A stretch of DNA of 63,289 nt from an uncultured Gammaproteobacteria bacterium (GCA_964504535.1 CAZDED010000009.1:1-63289); one strand, 5' to 3'; numbered from the stretch's first letter, positions 51,905 through 61,634 are shown. Notes: generated by a model not told the origin, from the sequence alone. Numbers and translations: made by a program.

Positions 51905-52678
51905 TTAAATTGGTTGAAGATTAATTATGGAATCAGACGCTTCTTCGAGTGCCTTTATCTCATCACTCCATTTTTCATTCATAGCCATCCGATTAAAAAG
52001 TAGATCAAATACCATGTCTAAAATTGGATTATTTTGATGTGTTTTTGAAAAATCCATTATTGATGTTTTATTAAAAGTAAACATTTTGTTTAGAAGATCC
52101 AATTTAATTAAATTACCGTTTTTTAGATAAACAAAAATTTCTCGTCTTGGTTTTCCGTACTCAACATTAACTTGCCATGGAATTTTTCTTTCAAACAGAT
52201 AAAACCATAAGTCTATATCGTGTATCCCCAAATCAAATTTCGGATTGATCGAATAATCTCTTTGTGGTTTCAAACCAAACCGATAGCTTTTAATCTTTTT
52301 AATTTCGTGCGTTTTGATGTTTCTTTTTAAAAACTGGACTATTGGATTATATCTTTCGAGGGTAGATTGATATAAGATTAATTTTCTTTTCTGTGCTAAG
52401 TTTTCAAGTATCTTTGCTTCATTCGATGAAAAACAAAGAGGTTTTTCGCATAGAACATTATAATCATTCATTAACAATTTCTTTACAATTTCATAATGAT
52501 TCTGGATTGGAGTAGAAACAATAACCAAATCAACGGGTTGTCGGTAATCTATAAATTCATCAACATTGCTAAAATATATTCTGTTCATGACCGGATTAAC
52601 GTCCACAATATATTTCCCATTTAATAAACTGTCATAAATTTTCCCCATCTTTCCGAATCCGATAATTGCAATATCCAT
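51905..52678 (-). CDS. Gfo/Idh/MocA-family NAD(P)-dependent oxidoreductase
   Basis: MDIAIIGFGKMGKIY Rossmann N-terminus and the LCEKPL motif. Confidence 0.7.
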   Translation of the reverse strand: MDIAIIGFGKMGKIYDSLLNGKYIVDVNPVMNRIYFSNVDEFIDYRQPVDLVIVSTPIQNHYEIVKKLLMNDYNVLCEKPLCFSSNEAKILENLAQKRKLILYQSTLERYNPIVQFLKRNIKTHEIKKIKSYRFGLKPQRDYSINPKFDLGIHDIDLWFYLFERKIPWQVNVEYGKPRREIFVYLKNGNLIKLDLLNKMFTFNKTSIMDFSKTHQNNPILDMVFDLLFNRMAMNEKWSDEIKALEEASDSIINLQPI

Positions 52679-52679
52679 A

Positions 52680-53735
52680 TCATTTCTCTACAAAATACAA
52701 AAGCTTTTTTGATAATTCTTGCCAAGATAAGTCTTTTGCCAACTTTATATTGCTTTTTTTTGCAATATATTTGAGCTTTAATGCGCTTTTTATTCCCTCC
52801 TTCCAGGAAAATACATTACCGTCAACCATTCGGCCTGTCTTTCCATCCTTTAGGAGCCATTCCATTCTTCCTTTACCCATTACAATTGGTGATCCAATTG
52901 CTAAATATTCACTTATAACTATCGGGCTACAGTCAACTTCAACCGGAAAAACAAATACGTCCGCTATATTCATATAGTCAGGGACTTTTTCTATAGGAAT
53001 CATGCCGCATTTAATGATGTTTTTTCTATTTGGAATTTCCTTTAAAAGAGGGCCATCTCCAACTACGAAAAACACTTGCCTATCGTCTATTGCTTCGCTA
53101 ATTACTTTTAAATTATCGTACCATTTTCCAACTTTCCCACAATACATTATTATCTCTTTTCCCATTAAGTCAACGTTGTATTTTTTCTCAAAATACTTTT
53201 TTAACAATGCTATTTTCGCAGATGAATAAGGATAGAAAAGAGATCTGTCATATCCATTCGGAATAATTATAGTATCTTTCGTTTTTAGACCCCAATTTTT
53301 CATTGCTTCGAGAATTACCGGTGACTGTGCAATAACCTTAGATGCTCTTTGCAAAATATCCAAATAGCTATATCGTAGAAGGTAATACTGTTGATTTACG
53401 CCAAATTCCTTTAAATACATTTCATCATACCAGTCTATACAATCAAATATAATTGGAGTTTTAATTTCCTTGCCGATAATTAGGTTGCTAAGCGGATTGT
53501 CAATCATCAAATAATCAAAACTGCGATTAGAAAGAAACTTTTTTAATCTTTCTCGCTCCTTCGTAACAACATCAATATCTTTCAAAATTTTATGTTTAAA
53601 GAAATCAAATTCGATTTCTTTTGAATACTTTAATAAATATTGCTCCCTTTGCGGGAATCCTACTAGATATGATTTAGCGAAGTGTTGAAGGCTTTGGGTG
53701 TATGTTTTATCTCCAATTTTTAAAACTTTTTTCAT
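52680..53735 (-). CDS. GT-B glycosyltransferase (family 4 / group 1)
   Basis: 351 aa; C-terminal domain ...FFVVGDGPLLKEI...VFVFPVEVDCSPIVISEYLAIGSPIVM (E-x7-E-type region). Confidence 0.7.
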   Translation of the reverse strand: MKKVLKIGDKTYTQSLQHFAKSYLVGFPQREQYLLKYSKEIEFDFFKHKILKDIDVVTKERERLKKFLSNRSFDYLMIDNPLSNLIIGKEIKTPIIFDCIDWYDEMYLKEFGVNQQYYLLRYSYLDILQRASKVIAQSPVILEAMKNWGLKTKDTIIIPNGYDRSLFYPYSSAKIALLKKYFEKKYNVDLMGKEIIMYCGKVGKWYDNLKVISEAIDDRQVFFVVGDGPLLKEIPNRKNIIKCGMIPIEKVPDYMNIADVFVFPVEVDCSPIVISEYLAIGSPIVMGKGRMEWLLKDGKTGRMVDGNVFSWKEGIKSALKLKYIAKKSNIKLAKDLSWQELSKKLLYFVEK

Positions 53736-54727
53736 ATAAAAAATTCTTCAAGAGCCTTTCTTATTGTTGAAATTTCATTCATGGTTAAATTCCATCTGCA
53801 TGGAATTGAAACAATTGAAGAAGTGATATCTTCATACTCATCCCTTACCGAAACGGGAAGCACATCATTATCGTAATAAACTTTAGTTTCAATTCCTTTA
53901 TTTTTCATATGTTTTATAAATTTGTCTCTATTATTCAAAATAATATTAAAAGTTGAAAATATGTGCCTGCTTCCTTCCTGTTCTTCCAAAAAAGGTTGAC
54001 TACCGGGAATTAGGGGAATAAGTTCTTTTGCAATATCTCTTTGAATATCCGTTCTCTTGTCATAATCTTTAAGCTCGTCTAAAAGAAACTCTGCCTTAAC
54101 TTCATCAAATCGAAGATTTAGCGCTACATTTTCGGTTAGTTTTCCGCCGTTTCTACCTGATTCAATAAATACTTTTAATTTTTCGTAATAATCTTTATTA
54201 TCGGTAACAACGGCTCCTCCGTGGCCACAAGTGTGGAGCGTTTTGGTCGGATAAAAACTATAACAACCCAATAATCCAAATGTTCCCACTTTTTTCCTGT
54301 TTAATTCCGCACCAAACGATTGGCATGCATCTTCGATAAGAACACTTTTATTAATTGTTTTAACTAATTCATTTGGTTGACCGTATAGATGTGTTATTGT
54401 ATAAAGTTCATTTTTCGTTGTTGCAAGATGCTTTAAGAAAAGCATGCGTTTGAAATTTATTTCATAATTTAACAAACGAGCGGGTTGGTAAGTTGCCGGA
54501 AAAGTATACGGATCAACGGAAAGCTTGCGATATTTATCCCTCAATACCCAATAGCATGCAAGAAGCGCTGAGGTTCCGCTGTTTGTTAATATCACATATT
54601 TTACACCAAGATATTCTTTTATCTTTTCCTCGAGCTCTTTTATTTTTATTCCATCAATCCAATCTCCGCTATTGTATCTCGTACTTTTATGTTGAGATGC
54701 AAGTTTATAAAGAGGGATTTTAATCAT
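53732..54727 (-). CDS. DegT/DnrJ/EryC1/StrS-family PLP-dependent sugar aminotransferase
   Basis: VILTNSGTSALL, EDACQSFGA and SFYPTKTLHTCGHGGAVVT (PLP lysine context). Confidence 0.8.
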   Translation of the reverse strand: MIKIPLYKLASQHKSTRYNSGDWIDGIKIKELEEKIKEYLGVKYVILTNSGTSALLACYWVLRDKYRKLSVDPYTFPATYQPARLLNYEINFKRMLFLKHLATTKNELYTITHLYGQPNELVKTINKSVLIEDACQSFGAELNRKKVGTFGLLGCYSFYPTKTLHTCGHGGAVVTDNKDYYEKLKVFIESGRNGGKLTENVALNLRFDEVKAEFLLDELKDYDKRTDIQRDIAKELIPLIPGSQPFLEEQEGSRHIFSTFNIILNNRDKFIKHMKNKGIETKVYYDNDVLPVSVRDEYEDITSSIVSIPCRWNLTMNEISTIRKALEEFFI

Positions 54728-54736
54728 ATAACGTAC

Positions 54737-55456
54737 CTACATTATTTCTGAAGCAATTTTTAATGCTTTAGGAGTCAATGGAGAATAATTGTTTATTATG
54801 AAAGCTTCTCCATATTCGCCATTGATGGAAGCGCCCCTAATACTTGCTACGGATCTTAATCTTCTTTCAATCCAATCTTGGTTCATACTATGCTCATCTT
54901 TTACTGATGTGTAAAAATTAAACGCTTCAATTTTTCGATTTATATTTTCTTTCGTAAGTAAGGATACAACCGAATAATCAAATGGTGTGGTCATCTCCAA
55001 ATCAACTTCTCCTTGCAAGAGTAGGGGAGCTCTTGATTTTGTAATGCCCCCCACAACGGCACAGCCGCTTTGAAAATTTGCTTCCGGTACTATCCTTCCC
55101 AGCGTTCTGTGGTCAATATGTTTATCTTGAGAATAGTGAGTGAAAATTACGTCTGGATTAATTTTTCTAATTTCTTTAATTGTTTGCTGTAAAAGAACGC
55201 CCTCATTTTTTCCGACCTCCATGTCATGAAAGGGAAGAAAATTAATTTTATATCCAAGGACATCGGAACTTTTATTTGCTTCTATTAGGGAACGCTTTTT
55301 TCTTTTTGCTTGTGTTTCTTTATAGAAGTAGCCTTGACAATTTTGTGTGTAAAATGTAACGAATACTTCATGCCCCTTTTTGATCAGCTTATCTATAGTT
55401 GCTCCACACATAATAATTTCATCGTCCGGATGCGCAACGAGTATTAATATTTTCAT
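54737..55456 (-). CDS. LmbE/PIG-L-family N-acetylglucosaminyl deacetylase
   Basis: MKILILVAHPDDEII and HIDH metal-binding motifs. Confidence 0.8.
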   Translation of the reverse strand: MKILILVAHPDDEIIMCGATIDKLIKKGHEVFVTFYTQNCQGYFYKETQAKRKKRSLIEANKSSDVLGYKINFLPFHDMEVGKNEGVLLQQTIKEIRKINPDVIFTHYSQDKHIDHRTLGRIVPEANFQSGCAVVGGITKSRAPLLLQGEVDLEMTTPFDYSVVSLLTKENINRKIEAFNFYTSVKDEHSMNQDWIERRLRSVASIRGASINGEYGEAFIINNYSPLTPKALKIASEIM

Positions 55457-56148
55457 ATATTTTCTTTAATCTCTGCGATGTTTTTCTCTCTTTCCTTACA
55501 ATTGGCACATTCATGGCATGAGGATATCTTCCCGTCGTTGTATTGGGCATTCCAACACGAAACCGTTAAATCAAGCATTCCTGCATCGGAAAGTCTTTTT
55601 AACAAGGCTTTTTTCGTGAGAGATCTTATTGGGAGGAACACCTCCATAGGCCGCAAGAAGGATTTTGATAGGATGTCTTCAACTCCTTTGTGGTGAAAAT
55701 AATCGTTATCTCCAAATACAAAATTGTCGTCTAACATATAACCTATTGCTATACCGTCCCCATCGATTTGCTCGGCATATATTCCTGCAATTACCATAAA
55801 AAGAGTATTTCTTCCCGGAACCCAAGCATCGGAATCGTCTTTGGACTCTTCACCAAGTAGTTTACTTCTGGTTAATTTCTTAAGAAGGTCTGTTTCGATA
55901 ACTTGCGTTGGTTGAAATCCAAGTTGGACCGGTACGTTTTCTACCAGTTGTCTTTCTGCCGTAGCAGAAGATTGTCCGTAATCAATAAAAAGAGGGTACA
56001 CATCTTTTCCTTGTTCTTGAAGAATTAATCCGGCTACCGTACTATCAACACCACCCGAATACATTAAAACGACTCTTCCGGTATTTTCCCTCTGAAGACC
56101 TCTCAGCAGATCTTCGTTCATTTTTGTTTTTATAGGTTCTAATTCCAT
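55453..56148 (-). CDS. queC: QueC-family PP-loop ATPase (7-cyano-7-deazaguanine synthase-like, divergent middle region)
   Basis: VLMYSGGVDST PP-loop, FIDYGQ, VPGRNTLF and the 4-Cys zinc motif SCWNAQ...SSCHECANCKER. Confidence 0.75.
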   Translation of the reverse strand: MELEPIKTKMNEDLLRGLQRENTGRVVLMYSGGVDSTVAGLILQEQGKDVYPLFIDYGQSSATAERQLVENVPVQLGFQPTQVIETDLLKKLTRSKLLGEESKDDSDAWVPGRNTLFMVIAGIYAEQIDGDGIAIGYMLDDNFVFGDNDYFHHKGVEDILSKSFLRPMEVFLPIRSLTKKALLKRLSDAGMLDLTVSCWNAQYNDGKISSCHECANCKEREKNIAEIKENI

Positions 56149-56151
56149 TTA

Positions 56152-57168
56152 TTAATTTAGTTGTATTAATGAAAAAAACTTTTCAAGATTTAATTTCTTT
56201 ATTCTCTCAGATGATAAATCATTATAAATACTATAACGTAAATGATGCATTTTAACATAACCTTGCATTTCATTCAAAGCTTTTAATACTATTGGTCTGT
56301 TTAGTCCTTCTAAAACATATTTAATACCAACAGAATCCATGAATGATTTTATTTCTATAATGTCCTGTCCCTGAATAAATGCTGTTAACAAAACGCTAAA
56401 AGCTATCATTTCTCCATGCAAAAATTTTTTTAATTTATTTTCCATAGCATATGTAAAGAAGTGTTCCCCTCCCTCTTCAGGCCTACTATTTCCATAAAAA
56501 TTACATAGCTGGACTTCCATAGCGAGAAACTGCACAAGGTAAATTAACCCCTTTTTTGAAACTTTTCTAATTTCACTTGATTCCGTGAGTAATCCTCTAA
56601 ATATTGATTCTGCCATTAAGGCTACGCTTTCGGAATATTTTTCATCTTCTGCTGCCTTTTTTCTATTGTTTGCATATTTCCAATCAAACAACCCGGTATA
56701 TATTGAAAGAACGTCACCGCAACCGCTTAGATGAAATCTTTTTGGACTTTTTTTAAGTAAATTATAATCTAGCAAAACCAAATCTGCTTTTTTTGATGGG
56801 AAATAGGTGACACACCCCTTATCTCTTAATCCGGTGCAATCAACTAGAAAAGCATCTGTTGAAATAATAGTTGGAACACATATTATTTCAAGGTTCCAAT
56901 TATAGGCGATAAAACGGCCCAAATCACATACTCTTCCACCACCCAATGCATAAATAACCTTTCCTACATGTTTTTCTTTTACTAATTTTTTAGCATATTC
57001 TTTTTCTGCGGATTTAATATAAATTGTTTGAACAATATTTAGATTTTTTATTATATTTTTGCTTTTCTTTAATGATGCAGGGCTTGTTATTAGAATTACG
57101 GGACGGGAATCAAATAGTGTATCTATACTTCCCCATTTTATTTTCGGTAGATTTGAAATATATCTCAT
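56152..57168 (-). CDS. Glycerol-1-phosphate dehydrogenase (AraM/EgsA)-like enzyme of the DHQS/Fe-ADH superfamily
   Basis: YALGGGRVCDLGRFIA (GGGxxxD), VPTIISTDAF and SGCGDVLSIYTGLFDWKYA (GxGDxxxxxxxxxDW). Confidence 0.6.
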   Translation of the reverse strand: MRYISNLPKIKWGSIDTLFDSRPVILITSPASLKKSKNIIKNLNIVQTIYIKSAEKEYAKKLVKEKHVGKVIYALGGGRVCDLGRFIAYNWNLEIICVPTIISTDAFLVDCTGLRDKGCVTYFPSKKADLVLLDYNLLKKSPKRFHLSGCGDVLSIYTGLFDWKYANNRKKAAEDEKYSESVALMAESIFRGLLTESSEIRKVSKKGLIYLVQFLAMEVQLCNFYGNSRPEEGGEHFFTYAMENKLKKFLHGEMIAFSVLLTAFIQGQDIIEIKSFMDSVGIKYVLEGLNRPIVLKALNEMQGYVKMHHLRYSIYNDLSSERIKKLNLEKFFSLIQLN

Positions 57169-57170
57169 GA

Positions 57171-58703
57171 TTAATTAGTAGATAGAATAAAAGGATGGAA
57201 TAGGTCCATGTTTCTGAAAGCCAAATGAAAATATAATTCGGATGCAAATTTATCTATAACTTTTGATGGGTCTGGATATCTTGAAGGGTCGAGTGAATGT
57301 TGAAAATTTGCAATCATTTGTTGCAAGGTTTCTCTTTTAGATTTTTCTCCTTCATTTGTGCGTTTTAAGAAAACCTGCAGGTTGGCATTCATAGTTTCAT
57401 TACCATCTGCAAGCTCAGCTTCTAATTCACCCAATAAAGGCAACATATCGTTAAAACCTGCAGCAAATTCAGGATGAGTAAATGCCTGATACCCATAAAA
57501 GCTAAGCAACTCAGGGGGAACGTCCAATAGCCTTCCTTTTCTCTTAAACTCATGATAAAGAGGAGTATTCGGTTGCATTTCAAGATTGGCAATAATGTAT
57601 CCACTTGAGCCCAGATCCTTAAGAAGCTTTACTTCTTCGCGAATGTTTTTTCTGTTCTGCCAGTCCAATCCGACTATGTATGTTGAAACAACATTAATTC
57701 CAGCATCTTGCAATCGTGCATTAACAGCTTTCAAGTCAACTCCTTCATTTTTTTTATATCCTTTAATTAAAGATTCGACTCCAATATTTACGGTACTGAG
57801 CCTTAACGCACCTTTTGTTAACTCATCTATATCATACTTATCAATTACCTTTGAAGATGTTGTGCTGACCAGTTCACATTGAAATGGCAGATCCCTACAA
57901 AGTCTAAGAACGTCTTTCCACAATTTCACATTGCCCATCCCTTGAGGTTCTGCAATACTTACGGTAAAGGTCTCACTTTCGGGAGCAATCGTGTCATGTG
58001 CAGAAATTATTGCATCTTTAATCTCGTCAGCGGCAAATGGCGCCCTATATTCCTGTCCGTACTGTGCTGTTGAAGGGCAGAAATCACACCCATACATACA
58101 TCCCAAACTACTGACCAAAAGACCATAACTTCCTCTCTTTGTAATTCCGTTAAAACGGGTTTCGGTGTCTGAACGAATTGTTGCGACTTTTAATGGATCA
58201 TTGGTAGGTTGGCCAATTATTTTTCTTAAATCGGTAACCTGATCTCCTCTTAATCTATAGTCAGATAAATTTACCGACTCTTCAAGAAGAGCGCCAACAG
58301 AAGAGGCAATTACCTTAACCTCCGGATGTTTATCTCTTACGAATTGTGCAATTTCTCTAAATGTACTGTATCCGCTTAAATATGTTGAAATAACAATATG
58401 TCCATACCTACCGGTATCAAGCTCTTCCCTTGCTCTTTCAAGAGTTATTGGTTCTGGAATTACCGTATTTGGAAGGTTTATATTTGCGCTCATCCATTCA
58501 CCGGGAGCATTTTGTGGATACCAATCAAATGAAAACGTGTCTTCTCTTCCTTGAGTTTTGGTTTGTTGAATATAATCGGCAAGAAATTGAGAATCATAAT
58601 ATTTATCAAATCCTTTTCTTTGTAATCCTTCTAATTTTTCAGTGGGATTTGTTGTGTTGTATGACGGATCTTGAGCTATAGTAAATAGTACTTCTTTACT
58701 CAT
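57171..58703 (-). CDS. Radical SAM enzyme with a roughly 190-aa N-terminal Rossmann-like (B12-binding-type) domain
   Basis: CxxxCxxC cluster (LGCMYGCDFCPS) after an N-terminal domain (HIVISTYLSGYSTFREIAQFVRDKHPEVKVIASS). The class-B assignment rests on architecture only. Confidence 0.75.
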   Translation of the reverse strand: MSKEVLFTIAQDPSYNTTNPTEKLEGLQRKGFDKYYDSQFLADYIQQTKTQGREDTFSFDWYPQNAPGEWMSANINLPNTVIPEPITLERAREELDTGRYGHIVISTYLSGYSTFREIAQFVRDKHPEVKVIASSVGALLEESVNLSDYRLRGDQVTDLRKIIGQPTNDPLKVATIRSDTETRFNGITKRGSYGLLVSSLGCMYGCDFCPSTAQYGQEYRAPFAADEIKDAIISAHDTIAPESETFTVSIAEPQGMGNVKLWKDVLRLCRDLPFQCELVSTTSSKVIDKYDIDELTKGALRLSTVNIGVESLIKGYKKNEGVDLKAVNARLQDAGINVVSTYIVGLDWQNRKNIREEVKLLKDLGSSGYIIANLEMQPNTPLYHEFKRKGRLLDVPPELLSFYGYQAFTHPEFAAGFNDMLPLLGELEAELADGNETMNANLQVFLKRTNEGEKSKRETLQQMIANFQHSLDPSRYPDPSKVIDKFASELYFHLAFRNMDLFHPFILSTN

Positions 58704-59697
58704 AATTAGTTTTAATACCTCGTACTAAGCTTTTATTTAAAGAGTTTATGAAATTATTAACGGAATCGGGTAGGTGTTCTAGATTATATCCACCCTCAAA
58801 AACCACACAACTTGGAATATTAAGTCCTCCAATTTTATAACCCAAATAGCCATAATCATCTGCGGTAAGTCCTGCTAACGGTGTTCTTCCAGGTGGATGA
58901 TCTTCCTCATGTCCATCGAATCCCGCGCTTACTACTAATACATCTGGATTATAACTATCTATAGTTTTAATTGCTCTTCCAAATTTTTCTTTATATCTAT
59001 CTGTAGAAACACCGATATCAACAGGGATATTAACAATTAAGCCTTTTCCCAGTCCCTCACCAATCTCTTCTGGAAAACCTGTGAATGGAAATGCTATGCT
59101 AGGGTCTGCATGGACAGAAACAAACAGCGCCTCTCCAGAATTAAAAAAAATATCCTGTGTCCCATCTCCATGGTGAATATCAAAATCTAATACTGCAACT
59201 TTAGCACCAGCATTTCGTAGGTTACGAGTAGCTAATGCTGCATTATTAATAAAACAAAAACCATGATAAAAATCATGCCCCGCGTGATGTCCAGGGGGAC
59301 GCGAGAGTGAAAAAACCAATTTAGTTTTCTTTTGAATTAGTAGCTCTGAAGAATGAATACTATTACTTGCAGCTAGAACTGCCTGATCATAGGTACCCTT
59401 TAATATTGGTGTTGAATACGCGGTGTCACTACAAAACTTAGTAAACGCTTCATCCCCCACTTTAAGTAACTCGCTGTATCTTTGAAGCAACTCAATCATT
59501 TCAGGTGAGTGGGTCTCTTTTATTAAGGGGTGTTCATATATATTCGGTGCTTCAACTTTTATGTTAAGCCCGCTCCCAAGAAGAGCATTTTTTACCAATT
59601 CTACCCTTTCAGCAATTTCACATGGATCATCTTTACGCGTTTTGTGTTGCGCATGTTTTTCATCGTAAACTAAAAATACATCATGCTCTATTTCCAT
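58696..59697 (-). CDS. Histone-deacetylase-family amidohydrolase (acetylpolyamine/acetoin-utilisation type)
   Basis: RPPGHHAG, DFDIHHGDGTQDIF and SAGFDGHEEDHP. Confidence 0.85.
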   Translation of the reverse strand: MEIEHDVFLVYDEKHAQHKTRKDDPCEIAERVELVKNALLGSGLNIKVEAPNIYEHPLIKETHSPEMIELLQRYSELLKVGDEAFTKFCSDTAYSTPILKGTYDQAVLAASNSIHSSELLIQKKTKLVFSLSRPPGHHAGHDFYHGFCFINNAALATRNLRNAGAKVAVLDFDIHHGDGTQDIFFNSGEALFVSVHADPSIAFPFTGFPEEIGEGLGKGLIVNIPVDIGVSTDRYKEKFGRAIKTIDSYNPDVLVVSAGFDGHEEDHPPGRTPLAGLTADDYGYLGYKIGGLNIPSCVVFEGGYNLEHLPDSVNNFINSLNKSLVRGIKTNYE

Positions 59698-60887
59698 AAA
59701 TCTGTATTAACTTGTCCTGTTTCAAATAACTTGCCCATTAATTCATTTGATGGAATTGCTCGAGAAGCATTTTCTAGAAAAGTCCTAATATCATCCAAAT
59801 ACATACTTGTTTGTAATCGGGAATCTCGTTGTCGAATTGTCACAGAATCATTTTTTACACCCTCTTCATCTGCTGTAAATACATATGGCACACCGATACC
59901 ATCTGCCTTTCTATATCTACTACCAATAGAGCCCGTTTCTAGAATTGGTGTTCGAATACCGTATTCTTTTAATAGTTCACTTACGAGTATGGACATATTG
60001 TGCAACTCAGGTGTTTTCTTAAGGGGAAAAACCATTCCCTGCACGGGAGCCAATCTTTCGGGTAAATGTAGAACGACTCTATCTCCAATTTTCTCCAATG
60101 CTTGTCCCAATGCTATATAGAAAGGTCTGTCGCTTGAAAAAGAAATCTCAAAAACCTCGGGATATTTACCGTTCACTTCCAGTTTTGTTCCTGTCGCAAG
60201 ACTATGTCTTTTAAAATCGTAGGATGAGCGGTATTGAATTCCGAGCAATTCCATTTCATTTCCGTCCTCGTCCGGTACATATAAACCAAATGCTTTGTTG
60301 GCATAAAATGGTTTATCAGATTCAATCTTTTCTCTAAAATTCATACTACCTTCTTTAATACCAACACTATTCATTAATACATAAGATAAATGCTGTAGGT
60401 AATCGACTGTAGCGGCAACATCTACATCTTTTGTCTGCATAAATATATGTCCTTCGTGTCCTGTATATTGTCTTGTTCTCGTTTGCCATTCAGTTTGTCT
60501 ATCATTAGGCAATACGATTCCCGACTGAAAAACTCTAAATGGTAAATTTCCCCTATAATATTCGAGCAGTCTTCTAAAAAGAGGGTATATGGTTGTAGCG
60601 AGTTCACCTCTACCCATCAGCGCTTGACCGTCTGAAGTTTGTGTTTGGAACATCTCGTCATTAAATTTCTGTAAATGTCCACTTGCTTCCCAGGCTTTTC
60701 GGGGATAAAGGACCGGTGTCTCAATCTCATCAAAGCCTTCATCGATAAAAACTTCCCTGAATTGTTGTTCCATATTGGTTTTAAGGGCTTTACCCATAGG
60801 ACCATATGTCATAAAACCAGCCACGCCGTATGGACTGTGCTCCGGCCCCCATAAAAATCCGTTTGAAACTAAATGTTCTTTTAACAT
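59688..60887 (-). CDS. Class II glycyl-tRNA-synthetase-like paralogue (catalytic core plus anticodon-binding-like domain), divergent motif 2
   Basis: GlyRS-type N-terminus (GFLWGPEHSPYGVAGFMTYGPMGKALKTNMEQQF), motif-3-like PEVFEISFSSDRPFY, and a class IIa C-terminal domain (APVQGMVFPL...GSIGSRYRKADGIGVPYVFTAD...VTIRQRDS). Confidence 0.75.
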   Translation of the reverse strand: MLKEHLVSNGFLWGPEHSPYGVAGFMTYGPMGKALKTNMEQQFREVFIDEGFDEIETPVLYPRKAWEASGHLQKFNDEMFQTQTSDGQALMGRGELATTIYPLFRRLLEYYRGNLPFRVFQSGIVLPNDRQTEWQTRTRQYTGHEGHIFMQTKDVDVAATVDYLQHLSYVLMNSVGIKEGSMNFREKIESDKPFYANKAFGLYVPDEDGNEMELLGIQYRSSYDFKRHSLATGTKLEVNGKYPEVFEISFSSDRPFYIALGQALEKIGDRVVLHLPERLAPVQGMVFPLKKTPELHNMSILVSELLKEYGIRTPILETGSIGSRYRKADGIGVPYVFTADEEGVKNDSVTIRQRDSRLQTSMYLDDIRTFLENASRAIPSNELMGKLFETGQVNTDLWK

Positions 60888-60890
60888 AAT

Positions 60891-61634
60891 CTATATTCCT
60901 CTTTTGTCTCCCCAAAGCAATACATGCAAACGAGGGGTCAATCGCCATCCTCGCTCCTTTACTCCTTCAACAACTTCTAGTGCATGTGTTTTAATATCAT
61001 CATCTGTTGTCCCTTCAGGCATGATAATAATTTTTGACGGATCAAGACTGCAATCTTCAACCAATTGAGAAATTTCATCCAGATCTCTTTCGCTTTTTAC
61101 AACAAATTTAAAAGTTGTATTGGGTAGCTCATTAAACTGAGATAGCACTTCCGGTTTATATCTCCTGTTAAGCGCATTACCTGAATTTTCCAGCTTAGGA
61201 GAAACATTAAATTGACATTTATCTGCCAGTGTTTGAGTAGGAGGAATAGTTCCGTTTGTTTCAATTTCAATATCCCAGCTCGGTATCAAATCGACAAATT
61301 TACTAATTCTTTCTTGTTGTATCAATGGTTCACCACCTGTTATGACTAATCTTTTTACAGGGTATCTCTCGATTTCTGAAAGTGTTTTTTGGTAATCCCA
61401 GTTCTCGGCATCTTGCCAAAATTCTTTGGACTTTCTATCCCAGGTATATTTCGTATCGCACCAACCACATTGTAAATTACAAAAATTAAGGCGAAGAAAA
61501 ACTGCCGGCTTTCCTATGCTTTGACCCTCGCCTTGGATTGTAAAAAACACACCATCTCCGGATACCTTAAACTCATCAGCATTCATTCTCATCGATTCAC
61601 GCTCTGATATTGTTGGTGTATATATTTCTGTCAT
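60891..61634 (-). CDS. queE: 7-carboxy-7-deazaguanine synthase (radical SAM)
   Basis: FTIQGEGQSIGKPAVFLRLNFCNLQCGWCDTKYTW. The start at ATG 61634 forms an ATGA overlap with the queD stop; the track start is 61691. Confidence 0.85.
   Translation of the reverse strand: MTEIYTPTISERESMRMNADEFKVSGDGVFFTIQGEGQSIGKPAVFLRLNFCNLQCGWCDTKYTWDRKSKEFWQDAENWDYQKTLSEIERYPVKRLVITGGEPLIQQERISKFVDLIPSWDIEIETNGTIPPTQTLADKCQFNVSPKLENSGNALNRRYKPEVLSQFNELPNTTFKFVVKSERDLDEISQLVEDCSLDPSKIIIMPEGTTDDDIKTHALEVVEGVKERGWRLTPRLHVLLWGDKRGI

Noticed and set aside
56152-57168. 2-deoxy-scyllo-inosose synthase, which would imply a 2-deoxystreptamine aminoglycoside cluster
   Set aside because: The motifs (VPTxxSTD, GxGDxxxxxxxxxDW) look closer to glycerol-1-phosphate dehydrogenase (AraM/EgsA) than to DHQS/DOIS (PTTLLAxxDS). 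I keep only the weaker 'aminocyclitol-like logic' statement.
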